The translations under genes and the position numbers were made by a program. From Octopus vulgaris (Eukaryota), in assembly GCA_951406725.2 (NCBI GenBank), contig OX597814.1, positions 79,732,001 through 79,796,000 of the forward strand: a stretch of DNA of 64,000 nucleotides. Direction: 5' to 3'. Below the pieces are notes generated by a model that searched no databases, was not told the origin of the DNA, and saw only the letters and a list, made by a program, of their open reading frames with translations. Position 1 is the first letter of the stretch. The number at the start of each line of letters is the position of its first letter. Of the stretch, positions 40,117 to 56,345 are shown piece after piece.

Positions 40117-41265
40117 TTTGGTTGGCCAAACAGTCCATTCGGTTTTTGTCGACACCAAACGTCAAGCACTCTAGTAAGTAGCTAACTTCAGTTTGTCATT
40201 TGAACATGCAGACTCGTTAGGTACTTGACACTTCAACGTAATTCAATGCGAACTTGCGACGAGATAGGTTGTATTTTGTGTGCTTAGGACCACCCAGAAA
40301 ATGGTGAACCAAGAAGAACATTATCAGTACCTCATGTCTTTTTATTTTTAGGAATGGAAGTAAGTGGCGGAAACATGCAGGAAAATATGTGCTTTCGGGG
40401 AGGATGCTGTTACGGAACATCTGTGCCAGAATTGGTCTACAAAATTTCGATAGGAAAAAATTTCGCTTCAAGCTGTACCTCGATCTGGCCGACTAAGATT
40501 AACATAGCTAAAATGAAAGAGTTAGTCGACACAAAGCCCAACTATACGATCAGAATGATTTCAGATATTCCCCAAATATCCAAATCGAGTGTTGAAAACC
40601 GTGTGCATCAATTTAAATCAGCAGTCTCGATGTTTTGGTCTCACATCAAGTGAGTGATGTTAACTTCCTCCAATGAATTTCCATCAGCGATTTGTTCCAG
40701 AATCGATCATTTTTGAAGAGAATTGTAACAGGGAACAAACAATGAACTGTCTATAACAATGTCAAGTGCAAGCAATCATGAGCGAAGTGCAGGGAGCCAC
40801 CACAAACAAACTCCAAAACGGAATTTCATGTGAAGATTTCAATTTGAACAAGACCATCAATTCGGATGCATAGTGTGACTAGCTGGACAAATTAAACGCA
40901 GCAATCTACCATAAGCGTCCAGGCATTGTCTTTCATCACGAGAATGCCAAACCGCACACATCTTTTCAGGCGTAACAGAAGTAACTGGCGCTTGTCTGGG
41001 AAGCTATGCCACACCCTTCATAATTTCTCTCTTCAAAATTCATTGAACTCTGAAAAACATGTGAAAATTCATCTGGAAGAGATTTTCGCCAGTAAAATCA
41101 AAGAAATTCATTGAGCAAGGAACAATGGACCTGCCAACAAGATGGTGGAAGAGGAGACTGAGACGAAACGGAAATTATATCAGTGATTGAAGAAGTCACT
41201 TTGTGTTTAACACTTGTGTCTTATTTTCACTGAAAAGAACCTAACAGAGTTTTTGATCAACCAGA
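40117..41265 (+). mobile_element. Mariner (DD34D-type) transposon, decayed with internal deletions
   Basis: Imperfect TIRs TTTGGTTGGCCAAACAG / revcomp TCTGGTTGATCAAAAAC; TA flanks; fragments MVNQEEH, PRSGR, FLKRIVTG..VYNN, VFHHENAKPH, WEAMPHP, SLQNSL. Confidence 0.85.
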
Positions 41266-41949
41266 TATAATCTCTGTGTATCAGATTTTAGGTAGTATAT
41301 TCCAGAACATTTTTTTTTGCCCGCGGTTCTACTCTTGAAAGTTACAGGGGTCTGAAGAGTAGTGAAACCTAATACGTCTTTTTATGCAGTTATCTTAGTC
41401 TTAAGTATTAATCTAATGTGTTTGTAATATGTGTCTATAATATTTCTTCCTAGTCTTCTTTCACTTGTGTCAGTTTTACTGTATTTACTTCATTGATTTC
41501 TAAGTACTTGTAAATTTGTGTTAGGTGGAAATTTTATATCTTAGTTTCTTTATCTGGCTTGGAATTAGTGTTAGTGTTCTCGATTAATTTTTCATTTTCA
41601 AGATTCCCTTGACGCATTCTTCAAATCCGAATTTTATATCGATTCTTCTAGTAAAGCCAACGAGCGGCTATAACAGAGTTTCTTGTTGTTTATTAACAAC
41701 AGATAACAACTTGCGTTCTTCTAAATACAACAGATAGTCGATTGTCCTCCCATAGCATTTGTATCCGAATCCAGTCTCTTTTAATGTGTTAGCTAACGGC
41801 ATTAATGAAGAGGGAAAAATTGAATGAAGAAAGTGAATCTCCTTGAAATATTCCCCTATTAATTCTTCCTCTTGTCTATAATGCAGAATTGTTTACCATT
41901 TATTCAGATCGTCTTTAATGTATTTGCTTATTATTATTATTGTTATCTA

Positions 41950-42137
41950 AGGCGGCGAGCTGGCAGAATTGTTACTGCGGCGAACAAAATGCTTCTGAGA
42001 TCAAATTCCGCCGAGATCAACTTTGCCTTTCATACTTTCGGAGTCGTTAAAAGAACTATCAATCGGACACTGGAGTGGATGTGATTGATTATCTCCCTTC
42101 GCCAAATTTTCAGGCTTTGACCCTATAGTAGAAAAGG
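41950..42137 (+). mobile_element. SINE family A nested in the R4 LINE
   Basis: GGCGGCGAGCTGGCAGAATTGTTA..GATCAACTTTGCCTTTCATACTTTCGGAGTCG. Confidence 0.85.
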
Positions 42138-43874
42138 TTCCCTGTCACTAAGTCCCATACTCACGGTTAAGATGGCACTATCAAAAATATTTTTAGTAGT
42201 CATTCCAGACCATAGTTAATTTTTCTTTCTCCTAATCTTCCATCATGATTTTTTGGGTCAGTAATTGACCTTTAAAACCAAATGTTTCTTTGCAGCATTC
42301 TTTCTGCTTTTCTGAAAAGTGGTTGGCTTACGCTTGTTTATCCTTGTATAATATTGCAGTTAAGGTTTTGGAAGCTGTATGAAGGTAAGTTAGGAGCCTG
42401 TAGCTTCTCTGTTTTTATTCATACGTATTAAATTTGTTTTCCCTTCATGTCAGGTGTTGTTTCTGATTCCATCAATAGCTTATTAAGAATCTTTCCCAAC
42501 GCTTATTATGTCCCTGTTAAATATTTTAACTAGAAATTTGGGATTCTATATCCTGGTGTCTGTCAGATATTTGTTTAAATTTTTTGTATCGTCTGGACTA
42601 TTTCTTATGTTGTTCTTACCTCCCATACATGGTAATCTGTTTATTGTTCTGCATTATTCCGTCTGCAGATATTCCTTCACTGTTCATACCAACAAAAAAC
42701 CATACAACGGCATTAATTTCTATTTTGCTGCATTAATTTCTATTCTACTATTATCTGTTTCTTGATAACATCGTTTGGACTTGGAGTTGACCAGTTTGGT
42801 TACGTAATCGAGTCATTCATTTCAGGTGCTCTTATATTTCTGTAGTATTTCTATCCCCTTTTGTCCAGATGCGTCATTTCACTACTGATTTCATTATAAA
42901 TTAAAATAACTTGCCTCTTATTTTATTTCTTTTTTGCATATTTGCTTTTCTATGATTTACATATTCTTATATACGTAGATCTGAGCAAGTGTCCACCCTT
43001 CTCTTGTAACCACTTTATGAATACAATGACTGTTAAATATGTTATTTTGTTTTACCTAGTGATATTAATTTTTCTGCCATCTTTGTTTTAATTGAACCTG
43101 TGATGGTCAGGTTTACATTTGGTATTTGTTGGTATTGAAAATATACTTTCTTAAAATAGCTTGTCTGTTGGATTTAAAATGTTACGTTTACATTCCGGTT
43201 ATTTTCCCTCCATATTTAATGCCAATATATTCTACGTTTCGTTTCAACTTGAGGACGGTATATAAGAAACGTGCAGTTGGTTCTTAAGGGCAAAGACGAG
43301 GCGAGGAAACCAACAGAGCTGCACACCTAACCTCAGGTTATTATCATAATACAGAAGTGTCATGTCCATAGATACTGTAACTAACCTCAACCCTTGTCTT
43401 TTTTTTACGATACAGTACGGGAAGATGGTACTCAACGCAGAGGCATGAAGCAACGGAAATGTGGTCAGGTGAGGTTTGACCACGGATCTCTAGGTCCTGA
43501 TGGCTGCCAAAGCTATTTATTGAGGGCGTGAAGATAGTGTCGACCAGACGGATGGAGGAGAACAGAAGGCTCGATTGATGTATATATATGACAGTAAAGT
43601 TTTACTGACGATAAACATAAAGCCTTGAATGAAAACACGAGAAATACTGTGATGACTGAGGAGATCAGTGACAAATTATATTAAACAGTAAATAATAGGC
43701 TATTAATGAAACTCATACCAAAACAGCCAAACGATTATTAACAGGGAAAATTTAGCTGCTTAAAGCATGCTGGAGATTCCTTGACTTGGTCCAAACTGAT
43801 GTTGCGCACGGACAATTGAATATTTGTGGCCAGTAAAAATAAGATTTTTCTGTTATCATTTTCGTCAATGATTC

Positions 43875-44075
43875 AGGGTGGTGGATTGACAAAACTTGGT
43901 TTACTGTATTTGTTCCGGATCTTTGCGCACTGAGTTCAAATACTCACCCAGGAAATCAATTTCACCTTCTGTTATTTCGGGATCGATGAACATGAATTAC
44001 CAGTTAAATATTAGGGTCGACGGCTTCGGAAAATCTCTCCCACTCAAATTGCTGACCTTGTGCCTAAATTAGAAG
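43875..44075 (+). mobile_element. SINE family A, decayed
   Basis: CTGAGTTCAAATAC..TTTCGGGATCGATG..CAAATTGCTGACCTTGTGCCTAAATTAGAA. Confidence 0.6.
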
Positions 44076-45240
44076 CAGCAATTATCATCAGTGTTATTGT
44101 TGTTATTGTCCCTATTCTTGTTGTTGCTATTCGGCACCATGTCAACCTTGGTTTTGCAAACCTAAGAATTAATATATTCAAGCTGTAACCATTTCACCAG
44201 TTTTTGAAGTATAATATATCTAGGGTTACGTCATCCTGGATATGTTTCCTTCTATTTGAAGAGGTTAAGGATGAGGGAGATTTGGTTGCTATTTCCATCA
44301 GTAGAGTGGCTACATAAACTATTTCCATCAGTACAGTGTCCACCTGTCTTTTGGTAATGATATTTGTATTGCTGGTGGTGGTTGTGGTGGACTTCGCCTT
44401 TAGCTATTGTTGTTGGTATTGTTGTTGTTATTATTGTTGATAGTAGTAGTAGTAGTGGGGCTTAGTTTTTTCGTGAGTGTGGGGAGGACCCAGAATATTC
44501 ATCGTCTGGTAGGAAGTTATTTATTCTTCTTTTTGTTATTTATTTTACCTTCCGTTGAGAGGTTTAAATCTTTCAGTGGTTACAATCTTGTATTGATTAA
44601 ATATTGACTAGACAGTAGACATTCGGCAGTATGCAAAGATTTAAATATGGCTTTCCGATGTGGTTATGCAATGATAAACGAAGGAAACAACTAGCTATGA
44701 AAGCTTAGCGATAACATTTATTTTTCTATGAGAAAGTCGATTATCCGAGTTGAATATTTTATTTTTATTTAATCCTTTTCGGTAATCTGTCGCCACTTCT
44801 ATTCAGAGTGCTGGCATCAATATAATCTATATGGTTATCAGTTTTATAATATTTCATTCTATTAAGATGGCGACCATAAATGCAAGCTGGAATGATATGA
44901 TATGTATATGTGAGGCGTGTATATTTTTATGTTTGTATGTGTATGTGTGTTTGTGTGGGTTGTCTGCATGAACATCTTTGTATGTATGTAGAAAGGCGGA
45001 CTAATTGTCGATATCCATACATTAAATTTAGCCAGTCTCAACAATTAGAAAATACGTCATCTGCAGTAGGGACAAAGGATGTGATAACTACAAGTAAGAA
45101 TAACATCAGCAATAATAACGTTTAAAACAATTTTGAACTGTACTGGGAATCGTATAGGCCCCAGTATTTTACTGGTACTTATTTAATCGGTTATGAAAAG
45201 ATTAATAATATAGATTGAAAATTGTAAAAACAAAATAATT

Positions 45241-47296
<2,056 letters not shown>

Positions 47297-47297
47297 T

Positions 47298-47462
47298 ACG
47301 ATGGGCTTCTTTCGGTTTCCGTTTACCAAATCTACTCACAAGGCTCTGTACGGCCCGACGCTATAGTAGAAGAAAGTTAACCAAGGGGCCACGCAGTGGG
47401 AGTGAACCCGGAATCATGTGGTTGGGAAGCAAGGTTCTTACCACACACCCATTCCTGCGCCT
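47298..47462 (-). mobile_element. SINE family B 5' half
   Basis: GGGCTTCTTTCGGTTTCCGTTTACCAAATC..CCACACACCCATTCCTGCGCC. Confidence 0.85.
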
Positions 47463-47659
47463 ATATATATACTCCACTCAAATCAACGCCTCTTCCTTTT
47501 TACTTTCTTTATATTCCTCTCCTTCATTACAGGAGTGGAAGAGAAATACATATAACAGGAGTGCTGGTATTTTGAGTGGAGGTTGAAATATAAAAATACA
47601 CAAATTGCTGATCCTCTCATTAGGAAATAGCCACAGATTTCTAAAGAAAAATTATAAAC

Positions 47660-48585
47660 CATTGAAAACACGACAGTATATTTGTGGTCATCATGTACCG
47701 TACGTCTCCAGCACATTGATGACACAACAACAAAAGTCTTCCTGATTAAGTGTGATTTCGCCAGCTCCTTACCACATTTGTCCAACCAGTTTTTTATATT
47801 GTCCATTCATTGCATTCTTTGCCTGATCCTTTACTATCCCTCTACTCTTCCCTCTATGATAATGTTTTCTAAACCTCTGCATCTTCGATTATGGCCGTAT
47901 TAGATGAGCTTTTGTTTTTCCACAATACTCAGGAGTTGTTTTTCACCTACTAGTTGTAACACCCACTAATTTATCCAACTATCCTTGTAAGATACTAGTA
48001 ACATTTCCCTATACACCCACATTTCAAAAGCATTGATTATATTCTCTTCAAATTTGTTCAGAATACATGCTTCGCAACCGCAAACGCCTATTGGCCACAT
48101 GAGTGCTCGTACTAGTCTTTTTATGTTTGTTTACTTAATTGGAACACTTTTGCTCCTCCATATGTTACTAAGCTTTTCCATAGACGTTCTTTCTATGGCT
48201 ACTCGTGTCCTAATTTCTTTCGTACGTGTGATTTTATCAGAGATTTGAGCTCTAAGATACTTCTACAATTCAACCTGTTCGAGCCCTCCACTATTAATTT
48301 GATGTAAACATTTACTTTTTTTCCCCTACTATAATGACTTTTGTTTTCTTATGGTTGAGATAAAGACCATGCGTATTTGATATTTTCTCGACTCTATCAT
48401 TCCTTTTAGTCCAGCTCCAGTCTTGGGGAGCAGAACAGTATCGTCTGCATACCTTAGATTAGAAATATGTAAGTCAAATATGATGCCATCTTCTTCCTGT
48501 ATTGCTTCTCGCATTATTCACTCAATATAGACTTTGAACAAGTATGGAGAAAGAATACAGCCCCGATGGACTCCTTTTCTATTTT
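47660..48585 (-). mobile_element. RTE-clade LINE 3' fragment (RT)
   Basis: GVHRGCILSPYLFKVYIE, ISNLRYADDTVLL, AFEMWVYR, IIEGRVEG..MDNIKNW. Confidence 0.88.
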
Positions 48586-48811
48586 TTAACTTTCTGCACT
48601 CTCATTACTTAGGACTTTTGTTGAATATAAAGCTGGAACTTATTTTATCGAATCATAATGAATAACAGGTGTAATTAATTATAGAAAAGTTAGTTCAGTG
48701 CTATACACTTGTTAAATCAGTGTTATATTACTTGCATATGTAATTAATAATTTATATATCCTTAAATCCTTAAAAATGTTTTAGCCCGACCAGAATCAGA
48801 TCATTCATTAA

Positions 48812-49043
48812 CCCTTTTCCTGTCAATATAATTTCCATAAGTTTGCCTTAAATGTCTGTGCTTGCTTTCAGACTTATAGTTGGCCCTTGTTTCATAAGTC
48901 TTAAGTAATTTAAAACTTTAAAGCCCCAAGTTCAGTAGGTGGCTGAAAGAAGGCTAAAAAAGATTAAGAATGTGTTTCATATATGATACATGGACACTAG
49001 GGAAATATGTGATACGTATATAATGCACAGGACAGACAAAGGT
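48812..49043. mobile_element. Possible piggyBac-type MITE
   Basis: TTAA|CCCTTTTCCTGTC ... GACAGACAAAGGT|TTAA (10/13 TIR match, TTAA on both sides). Confidence 0.45.
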
Positions 49044-49422
49044 TTAAGAAACATCACTCCTTGCCGTACGTTTTTCACTGAATAAACGATTTCACTTGAA
49101 TCGTCAACATATTTCATCCTGTTACTGTTCCATCATTTTTCTAATCTCCACTCCTTCAATTTCTATCTACTACTGTCAATTACATGCACATGCGTTTACC
49201 ATCACCCAAACAAAAACATAATATTTACATACATCTATACCACTCAAATTAGAGTCTCGCTCTTCTGTCTCACTTATCTCACTTTTATCTCATTTATATA
49301 CCTCTCTCTCTCCGTCCTACACAGGCCCTTCTTTCATATACTTTTCTTCTCTGTTCAAATACGGACTCACATTTTCTTTACACTGCAATAATCCACTCAA
49401 CTATAGTGATGCACACACACAG

Positions 49423-49454
<32 letters not shown>

Positions 49455-49458
49455 GTAT

Positions 49459-49605
49459 ATGGCTGTGTGGTAAATAGCTTCCTTGCCAACCATATGGTCC
49501 AGGGTTCAATCCCGCTGCATGGCATCTTCAGCAAGCTTCTACTACAGCTGATGAAAGCCTTCTGAGTAGATTTGGTAGACAGAAATTGAAAGAAGTCCGT
49601 CGTTT
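49459..49605 (+). mobile_element. SINE family B 5' half
   Basis: TGGCTGTGTGGTAAATAGCTT..GGGTTCAATCCC..TTTGGTAGACAGAAATTGAAAGAAG. Confidence 0.8.
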
Positions 49606-49624
49606 ATATATATACATATACATA

Positions 49625-50050
<426 letters not shown>

Positions 50051-50529
50051 TCAAAACAGTTTGACTCAAATTCGTAGGTAGTTTTGAATTTCATGTGTGA
50101 TGGTAGTTGTCAGCCATTTTGAATTTGAATTACAGAAATTGATTATTATTGCCGTTAGGTGGGCTGCGCTTGATTGAGGCAGGTCATGCGGTATTGTGGG
50201 TTTTTTTTTATTGGTATGTAGGTAACAGTTGGAAAATACCGTAGGGTGAACGAGAAATTGACCACGTGGAGGACAAGAAATAGACTACGTGGCGGATAGG
50301 AAACCGGTGAGGTTGTTGGTGGGGAATTATACGTGCATAGACGCGCTCATGTGGTTTTGCGTGCATGTATGTATTGATGGGAGAGTGCGCAACTGTACAT
50401 GGGTGCGCACGTGTATGTCTGCACACACACACACACATGTGGACGAATACGCATGCGATCACACGCACATACAGACACTCGCATGTGTGCGTATTTGTGT
50501 GTATATCTGTGCGTGTTCATCCAAGTGTA

Positions 50530-50592
<63 letters not shown>

Positions 50593-50764
50593 TCTCAGTA
50601 ATTAACAAAATTAAGTACTCGAGTCGATTCATTCTACTAAAATTTCTTCGAGGCACTGTCTCAATATGGCGGCAGTCTTATGACTGAAACAAGTAAAAGA
50701 TAAAAGGTAAGGATAAAAGCTATAAATACACACACACACAGACACACACACACGCACACGCGTA

Positions 50765-51020
50765 TAGGGCTATTATAGCCTCGCGTCACCCAAAGCCTTG
50801 TGAGTGGATTTGGTAGACAAAAGCTGTGTGTGTGTCTGTGTTTTGCTCCCGCCATCGCTTGACAATCGATGCTGGTGTGTTTATATCCCCGTTACTTAGC
50901 GGTTCGAGAAAAGGATGCGACGGAACAAGTCTTGGTGTTGATTTCTTCGGCTAAAACTCTTGAAGACAGTCTTCCAGCATGGCCGCACTCAAATACGTGA
51001 CACAAGTAAAAGTAAAAGAA
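50765..51020 (+). mobile_element. SINE family B 3' two-thirds
   Basis: GCCTTGTGAGTGGATTTGGTAGAC..GATGCTGGTGTGTTTATATCCCCG..CCAGCATGGCCGCACTCAAAT. Confidence 0.8.
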
Positions 51021-51182
51021 TATATATACTCCACACACACACAAACACACACACACATACATGTATAAATACACATGTGTGTGTGTATATGTATAACGAG
51101 TGTGAGAGAAAGTGGGAGAGGGAGAAATAAACAGATATACACGCATATATATATATGTATACATATATGTGCGTGTGTGTGT

Positions 51183-51240
<58 letters not shown>

Positions 51241-51692
51241 GTATATATACATATATGTATGTATACGTACGTACATATCGAATATTCACCTCTTCACCTT
51301 CTTCCTCCTTTTATTTCTACTTCTCCTATTTATATCTTTCCTCAAAACTATCAGAATTGCCAATGTGCAGGGAAACCATTCTCTGTCAGCTGAAAACTAC
51401 ATAATATAAAGAATTGGATGGATTCTTCAGTCAAAGATCGATATGGCTATCTCCATTCCTTTCAATGCGCTTCATAGATTCCCTTGCTTGAATTTGTGAA
51501 ATCGCCTTTTGAATTTTAATATATTTGAAATTTTTCTTTTTCAATTTTCATTCCGTATTATTACAGTTTTCTTAATCTCATTATATATTACAGTCATAGA
51601 CTTTATATTCGCTACAGTAATTTTAAAAAACCTTTTATGTTTTGGAGTATGTGTATATGTGAGATTGCGTGCACAAACACATACTACATACG

Positions 51693-51811
<119 letters not shown>

Positions 51812-52028
51812 GTGTATATATATACATATATGTATCTATATATATATGTGTGTGTGTGTGTCTGTGTCTGTGCGTGTGTATATTTATCTGTATGTCTGTG
51901 CGAAAAAATTGGTATATATATATATATATATATATGCATATATGTGAATGTGTGTATATGTACATGCATAAACACATAATACATGTGTGCTTGTGTATAT
52001 AGATGTACGCATATATATATATATATAT

Positions 52029-52069
<41 letters not shown>

Positions 52070-52130
52070 GGGGAATGACGGTGGGAGGAGATAGACACAC
52101 AGATAGGCAAAGAGACAGACAGACAGACAT

Positions 52131-52193
<63 letters not shown>

Positions 52194-52297
52194 TGTGTGT
52201 ATAAATATACGTTTACAATATCTTCACAATATCATAATGAGTACATATTTGCATGCATCTGTATGTGTATGTGTGCTTGTATGTATTTGCAAACCAT

Positions 52298-52389
<92 letters not shown>

Positions 52390-52568
52390 ACAAACACACA
52401 AAAGCAGACATATACATAAACACAATACATACATATATATGTGGGTGTGTGTGCGCGCGCGTGTGTGTGAGAGAGCAATATTTGCACCGATACATCAGAC
52501 GTATGCGTCTATATATCTATTCCTTTGTATCTTCTTGCCTCTCTCTACCTGTCTGTCTGCCTGTCTAT

Positions 52569-52601
<33 letters not shown>

Positions 52602-52654
52602 GATCTATCGATCTATCTATCAATCTATCCATCTATCTGTCTGTCTGTCTAACT

Positions 52655-52720
<66 letters not shown>

Positions 52721-52854
52721 ATATATATATATATGTATATGAATATGTACACACACATAAATCTCTCTGCCTCTCTCTCTCTCTCTCTCTCTCTTCATAT
52801 ATATATGCATATATGTATATATATATATAGAGAGAGAAGGAAAGATAGAGAGAC

Positions 52855-52961
<107 letters not shown>

Positions 52962-52962
52962 A

Positions 52963-52998
<36 letters not shown>

Positions 52999-53424
52999 GT
53001 AGATAGATGCCTCACTACATTACTGGAATTAATTAAAAGAGAATTGCCTCCACAATTCCCCTGGCCCTCACTAACGTTGTAGACGCTTTAAAATAAAGGT
53101 AAAAAGAAGAAAAACGAAAAGATTCATGTAATTTATTGAAGTCAACTTTTCTGATGCAAATGTGCAGTAACTAGATCACATAATGCATGATTTAAGTTAT
53201 CAATTCAAATAGCAGCCGGGGTAAAGGGATTCCGTTGTAAAGAAGTCTCATTTCTTGTCTCTAAAGAAAGAAGAATAACAATTTTAACCCAATAATACTG
53301 AAAACTTTTCCAATGTTTTAATACATTTATATGTTGATGATAGACAGAGATATGTCTTATACTTTTGGAGGGAATATATGTGTATATACTGCTGTAGGTT
53401 GCAAATATGATTTTCTATATATTC

Positions 53425-53637
53425 AAAATGCTACCACCTGCGGATCGTTGTCGATTTTTTCCTCCGTCTTCCTTTTCTTTTGGACTTTCCTCTGTCTCCT
53501 GTTTCTGAAGAAGAGCTTTGCTCAAAACATAAAACTATCTTTCTTTCCTTCCCAGAACGTTTGCTAATATCTTGCATGTACCAAGTCCACGCGTTGTTGT
53601 TTTTGTCTTGTTGAGTATTTTCTTCGTTTTGGGGGAT

Positions 53638-53642
<5 letters not shown>
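53425..53642 (+). mobile_element. PLE terminal-repeat copy (family P1), decayed hammerhead
   Basis: GTTT-CTGAAGA(53505-53511)-AGAGCTTTGCTC-AAAACATA|AAAC; ends GGATTAAC+(TA)n. Confidence 0.7.
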
Positions 53643-53728
<86 letters not shown>

Positions 53729-53792
53729 TGTGTATGTGTGTGTTGTGTATGTGTGTGTGTTGTGTATGTGTGTGTATGTGCATATTTATATA

Positions 53793-54240
53793 CAAGAAAA
53801 ACAATTGGTTTTTAAATCTCTGAGCGAGAAATAAATAGTTACAGTACTACAGAGTAAAGACTATTTGCCAACGTAAAATGGCAGTACCAATTAGGGCGGT
53901 GTTACTACCTTTCTTTAGCCCCAGGAAAACATCTTTACCAGCTGGTTATCGACGCACAACTGCGTCCTTATACCGTAAACAAAGGAGCTAATGTCCCCAC
54001 TCAGCCTTAAACGGTACCAGCGGACCAATGGTTTCCGAGTTATTTCCTTTCATCGGCACGGGATAACCTTGGCTAGAGATGACAGCACTAGGCCTTGCAC
54101 GAGGTATATATTTTTAAACTGACACACTTATCTCGTAAGGAGAAAAATAATTAGTTTTAAATCTCTGAGCGAGAAATAAGTAGTAACAATACTAGAGAGT
54201 AAAATCTATTTGCCAATGTAAAGTAGCAATCCTGATTAAG
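53793..54240 (-). mobile_element. About 1.3-copy tandem unit (345-bp period) with minus-strand hammerhead-like motif, PLE/retrozyme-like
   Basis: AAATCTCTGAGCGAGAAATAA at 53814 and 54159; revcomp 54020-54060 GTG-CCGATGA-AAGGAAATAACTCG-GAAACCATTGGTC|CGC. Confidence 0.55.
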
Positions 54241-54249
54241 ACTTAATAT

Positions 54250-55020
54250 GAAAGACACAAGACCAGTCTTTGGGTTTCCGTCATTCTCCTTCCTCTGGTA
54301 AGACCTCCGCTTGTCTTCAGACTTTTCATTAGCACCTGTTTGATCACCAGGCCTGGGGACAACCTTGCCCAGAAGCGGTTACTCCTTCTGACTACATGTA
54401 GTCCCTGGGTGAACTGTTAGTAGATATTGGTGGGAAGGGTGTCTTCAAATTTTGTCATCTTCTGCAGATAGAGGTGCAGTGACTTCGTGCACAAGTTACG
54501 GCTGGAGTCAGCTAAGCACGTAAGCATGGCTTGCAACGTATCCAGGTGGCGGGACCAATCTTCGACTCGTTCTGATCGTATGAATTACCTTACGATGTCC
54601 ATCCTCTCCATGTGTTGCAGCCACAGACGTGCAGTACGGCAGCTCAATCCCAACACATCTCAAGTTTCTATTGTAGATCCTGCAGGTACAAAGATGGTTC
54701 TACATCACTGACGTGATTTCACCAGAGTGGAGATCATCATAGAGGTTCCCTGTTGTCTCCAATTCCAGTGGTACACTGTCATTAGATAAAGACAACTTGA
54801 TCCCCAGCAGGCTACTTAAGAGAAGTGCACGAAGGACGGAATCTATAAGGAGATGACAGCGAATGGTACGAGCAACTGCGTTTCCAGTGAGTATATGGGT
54901 AATAGTGCTCCCATCGAAGATCACTTCCAAGATTTCTTGAAGACCTGTTCCTCTCATAAAGTGCCCAATGCTACCCAGAAAGCTCATTAGTGTGTGAAAT
55001 CACCTAAGTCTTAAAATAAT
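54250..55020 (-). pseudogene. Academ-type DNA transposase fragment
   Basis: LRL(G)DF(H)TLMSFLGSIGHFMRGTGLQEILE..GNAVARTIRCHLL; RTARLWLQHMERMD..RNLCTKSLHLYLQKM; RRSNRFWARLSPGLVIKQVLMKSLKTSGGLTRGR; stops and frameshifts. Superfamily assignment is from recalled motif similarity. Confidence 0.65.
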
Positions 55021-56129
55021 CCAAAAGTTCTCCCCTGAACTTATATTGTTCCACTCAAAAGATTTTGCGGGACTTTTAGTATATTATGAAGGGTAGCCTA
55101 CTGAACAAATCCCAACAGGTTTCGTATCTGTTGCTATTAGTGGTAGGTTCTTGGAAATATTAGCTAATTCGAATGAACTGTATGTACCTGTTGGTTAATA
55201 CTGGTGCAACGAGATCAATTTCAATTTTTTTTTCCGACGAGGCCGAGCAAATGACATGAGGTAAAAATACATCGACTAAATGAAGTATAACCTGTTAGGA
55301 TTTAATAATGTCTGATTAATGGAGGCTCACCTTAAAAATAAATGGATTTAAGCAGCAGCAACAACAATTACAACAACAATAACAACAGCAATAACAACAG
55401 GAACAATGTTAACAACGACTTGATAAAGATTTTACATTGTGCTCATGCAAGAAGACAATATTTTATCATGACATCATATATCGTTAATAAGGGACAAAAC
55501 AGGACTTCCGTCTTGGGTTGTTGTTTTTTTTAATAAATTTCTGTACGTATGCATGATCACAACATATATAAGTACAGAATTATAAGGATTTTGTTATTTT
55601 AGCCCTAGGTTATTTTAGACAAGTTATCTTTTAGATTTTTCTCAGAAATAGAAAAAAGTTGTTTTTATAAACATTAGAGTTTCTATATGAAATGGAGAAA
55701 TTGGTTGGTTACAATGATGCTTTTTCCAAAGACAAAAGGTACCAACAAAGTAACTTCTATGCGGCCGCACGATTTGCTAAGGAACAGCAGTAATCAAATC
55801 TCTTTATAACACAGTATTTTTCTTTTAGAAACGACATATTCGACGATGTAGTCAGGGATACACCATTCTTGGAGTCAAGACGGGATACTTATAAGTTTGC
55901 TCCATCAGCACTTGTATGCATGTTCAAAAGCAGGAACACCATCAGACTTAATACAACAATCATAGTTAATAGCAATCTCAAAACAAGAAAATAATTCCTT
56001 ACTCTACGAAGGTAGCCCTCCTTGAATCAACAATCATTTCGAAATATCGTATTTTATCTTATGAGGGTCATTTTGTCAATAAAAGACTGATTACATTTCT
56101 CTTCCTTTTATTATCAATGGTCACTCTAA

Positions 56130-56345
56130 AGTGGCGAGCTGGCCGAATCGTTTGCATCACCAGACAAACGCTTAGCGGCGTTTCTTCCGACTTTATTTTA
56201 TGAGCACAAAATCCGTCGAGGTTGATTTTTGCTTTTCATCCGTTCTGGATCGATGAAATAAGTACCAGTGGAGCACAGGAGGTCGATGTAATCAACCAGC
56301 GCCTTCCCCAAACTTTCAGATAATGTGCCTGTAGCAGAAAGGATC
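56130..56345 (+). mobile_element. SINE family A
   Basis: GTGGCGAGCTGGCCGAATCGTT..GCTTTTCATCCGTTCTGGATCGATGAAATAAGTACCAG. Confidence 0.8.

Larger units (their letters stand above)
39200..43300 (-). mobile_element. Old R4/Dong-type LINE interrupted by a mariner and a SINE
   Basis: RGIFQGDSLS (~41830-41857), KSDTQRLY|..GGRELKQIE split by the mariner, IVSGCPDL at ~39630-39655, KWY..ENDKV; many stops. Confidence 0.75.
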
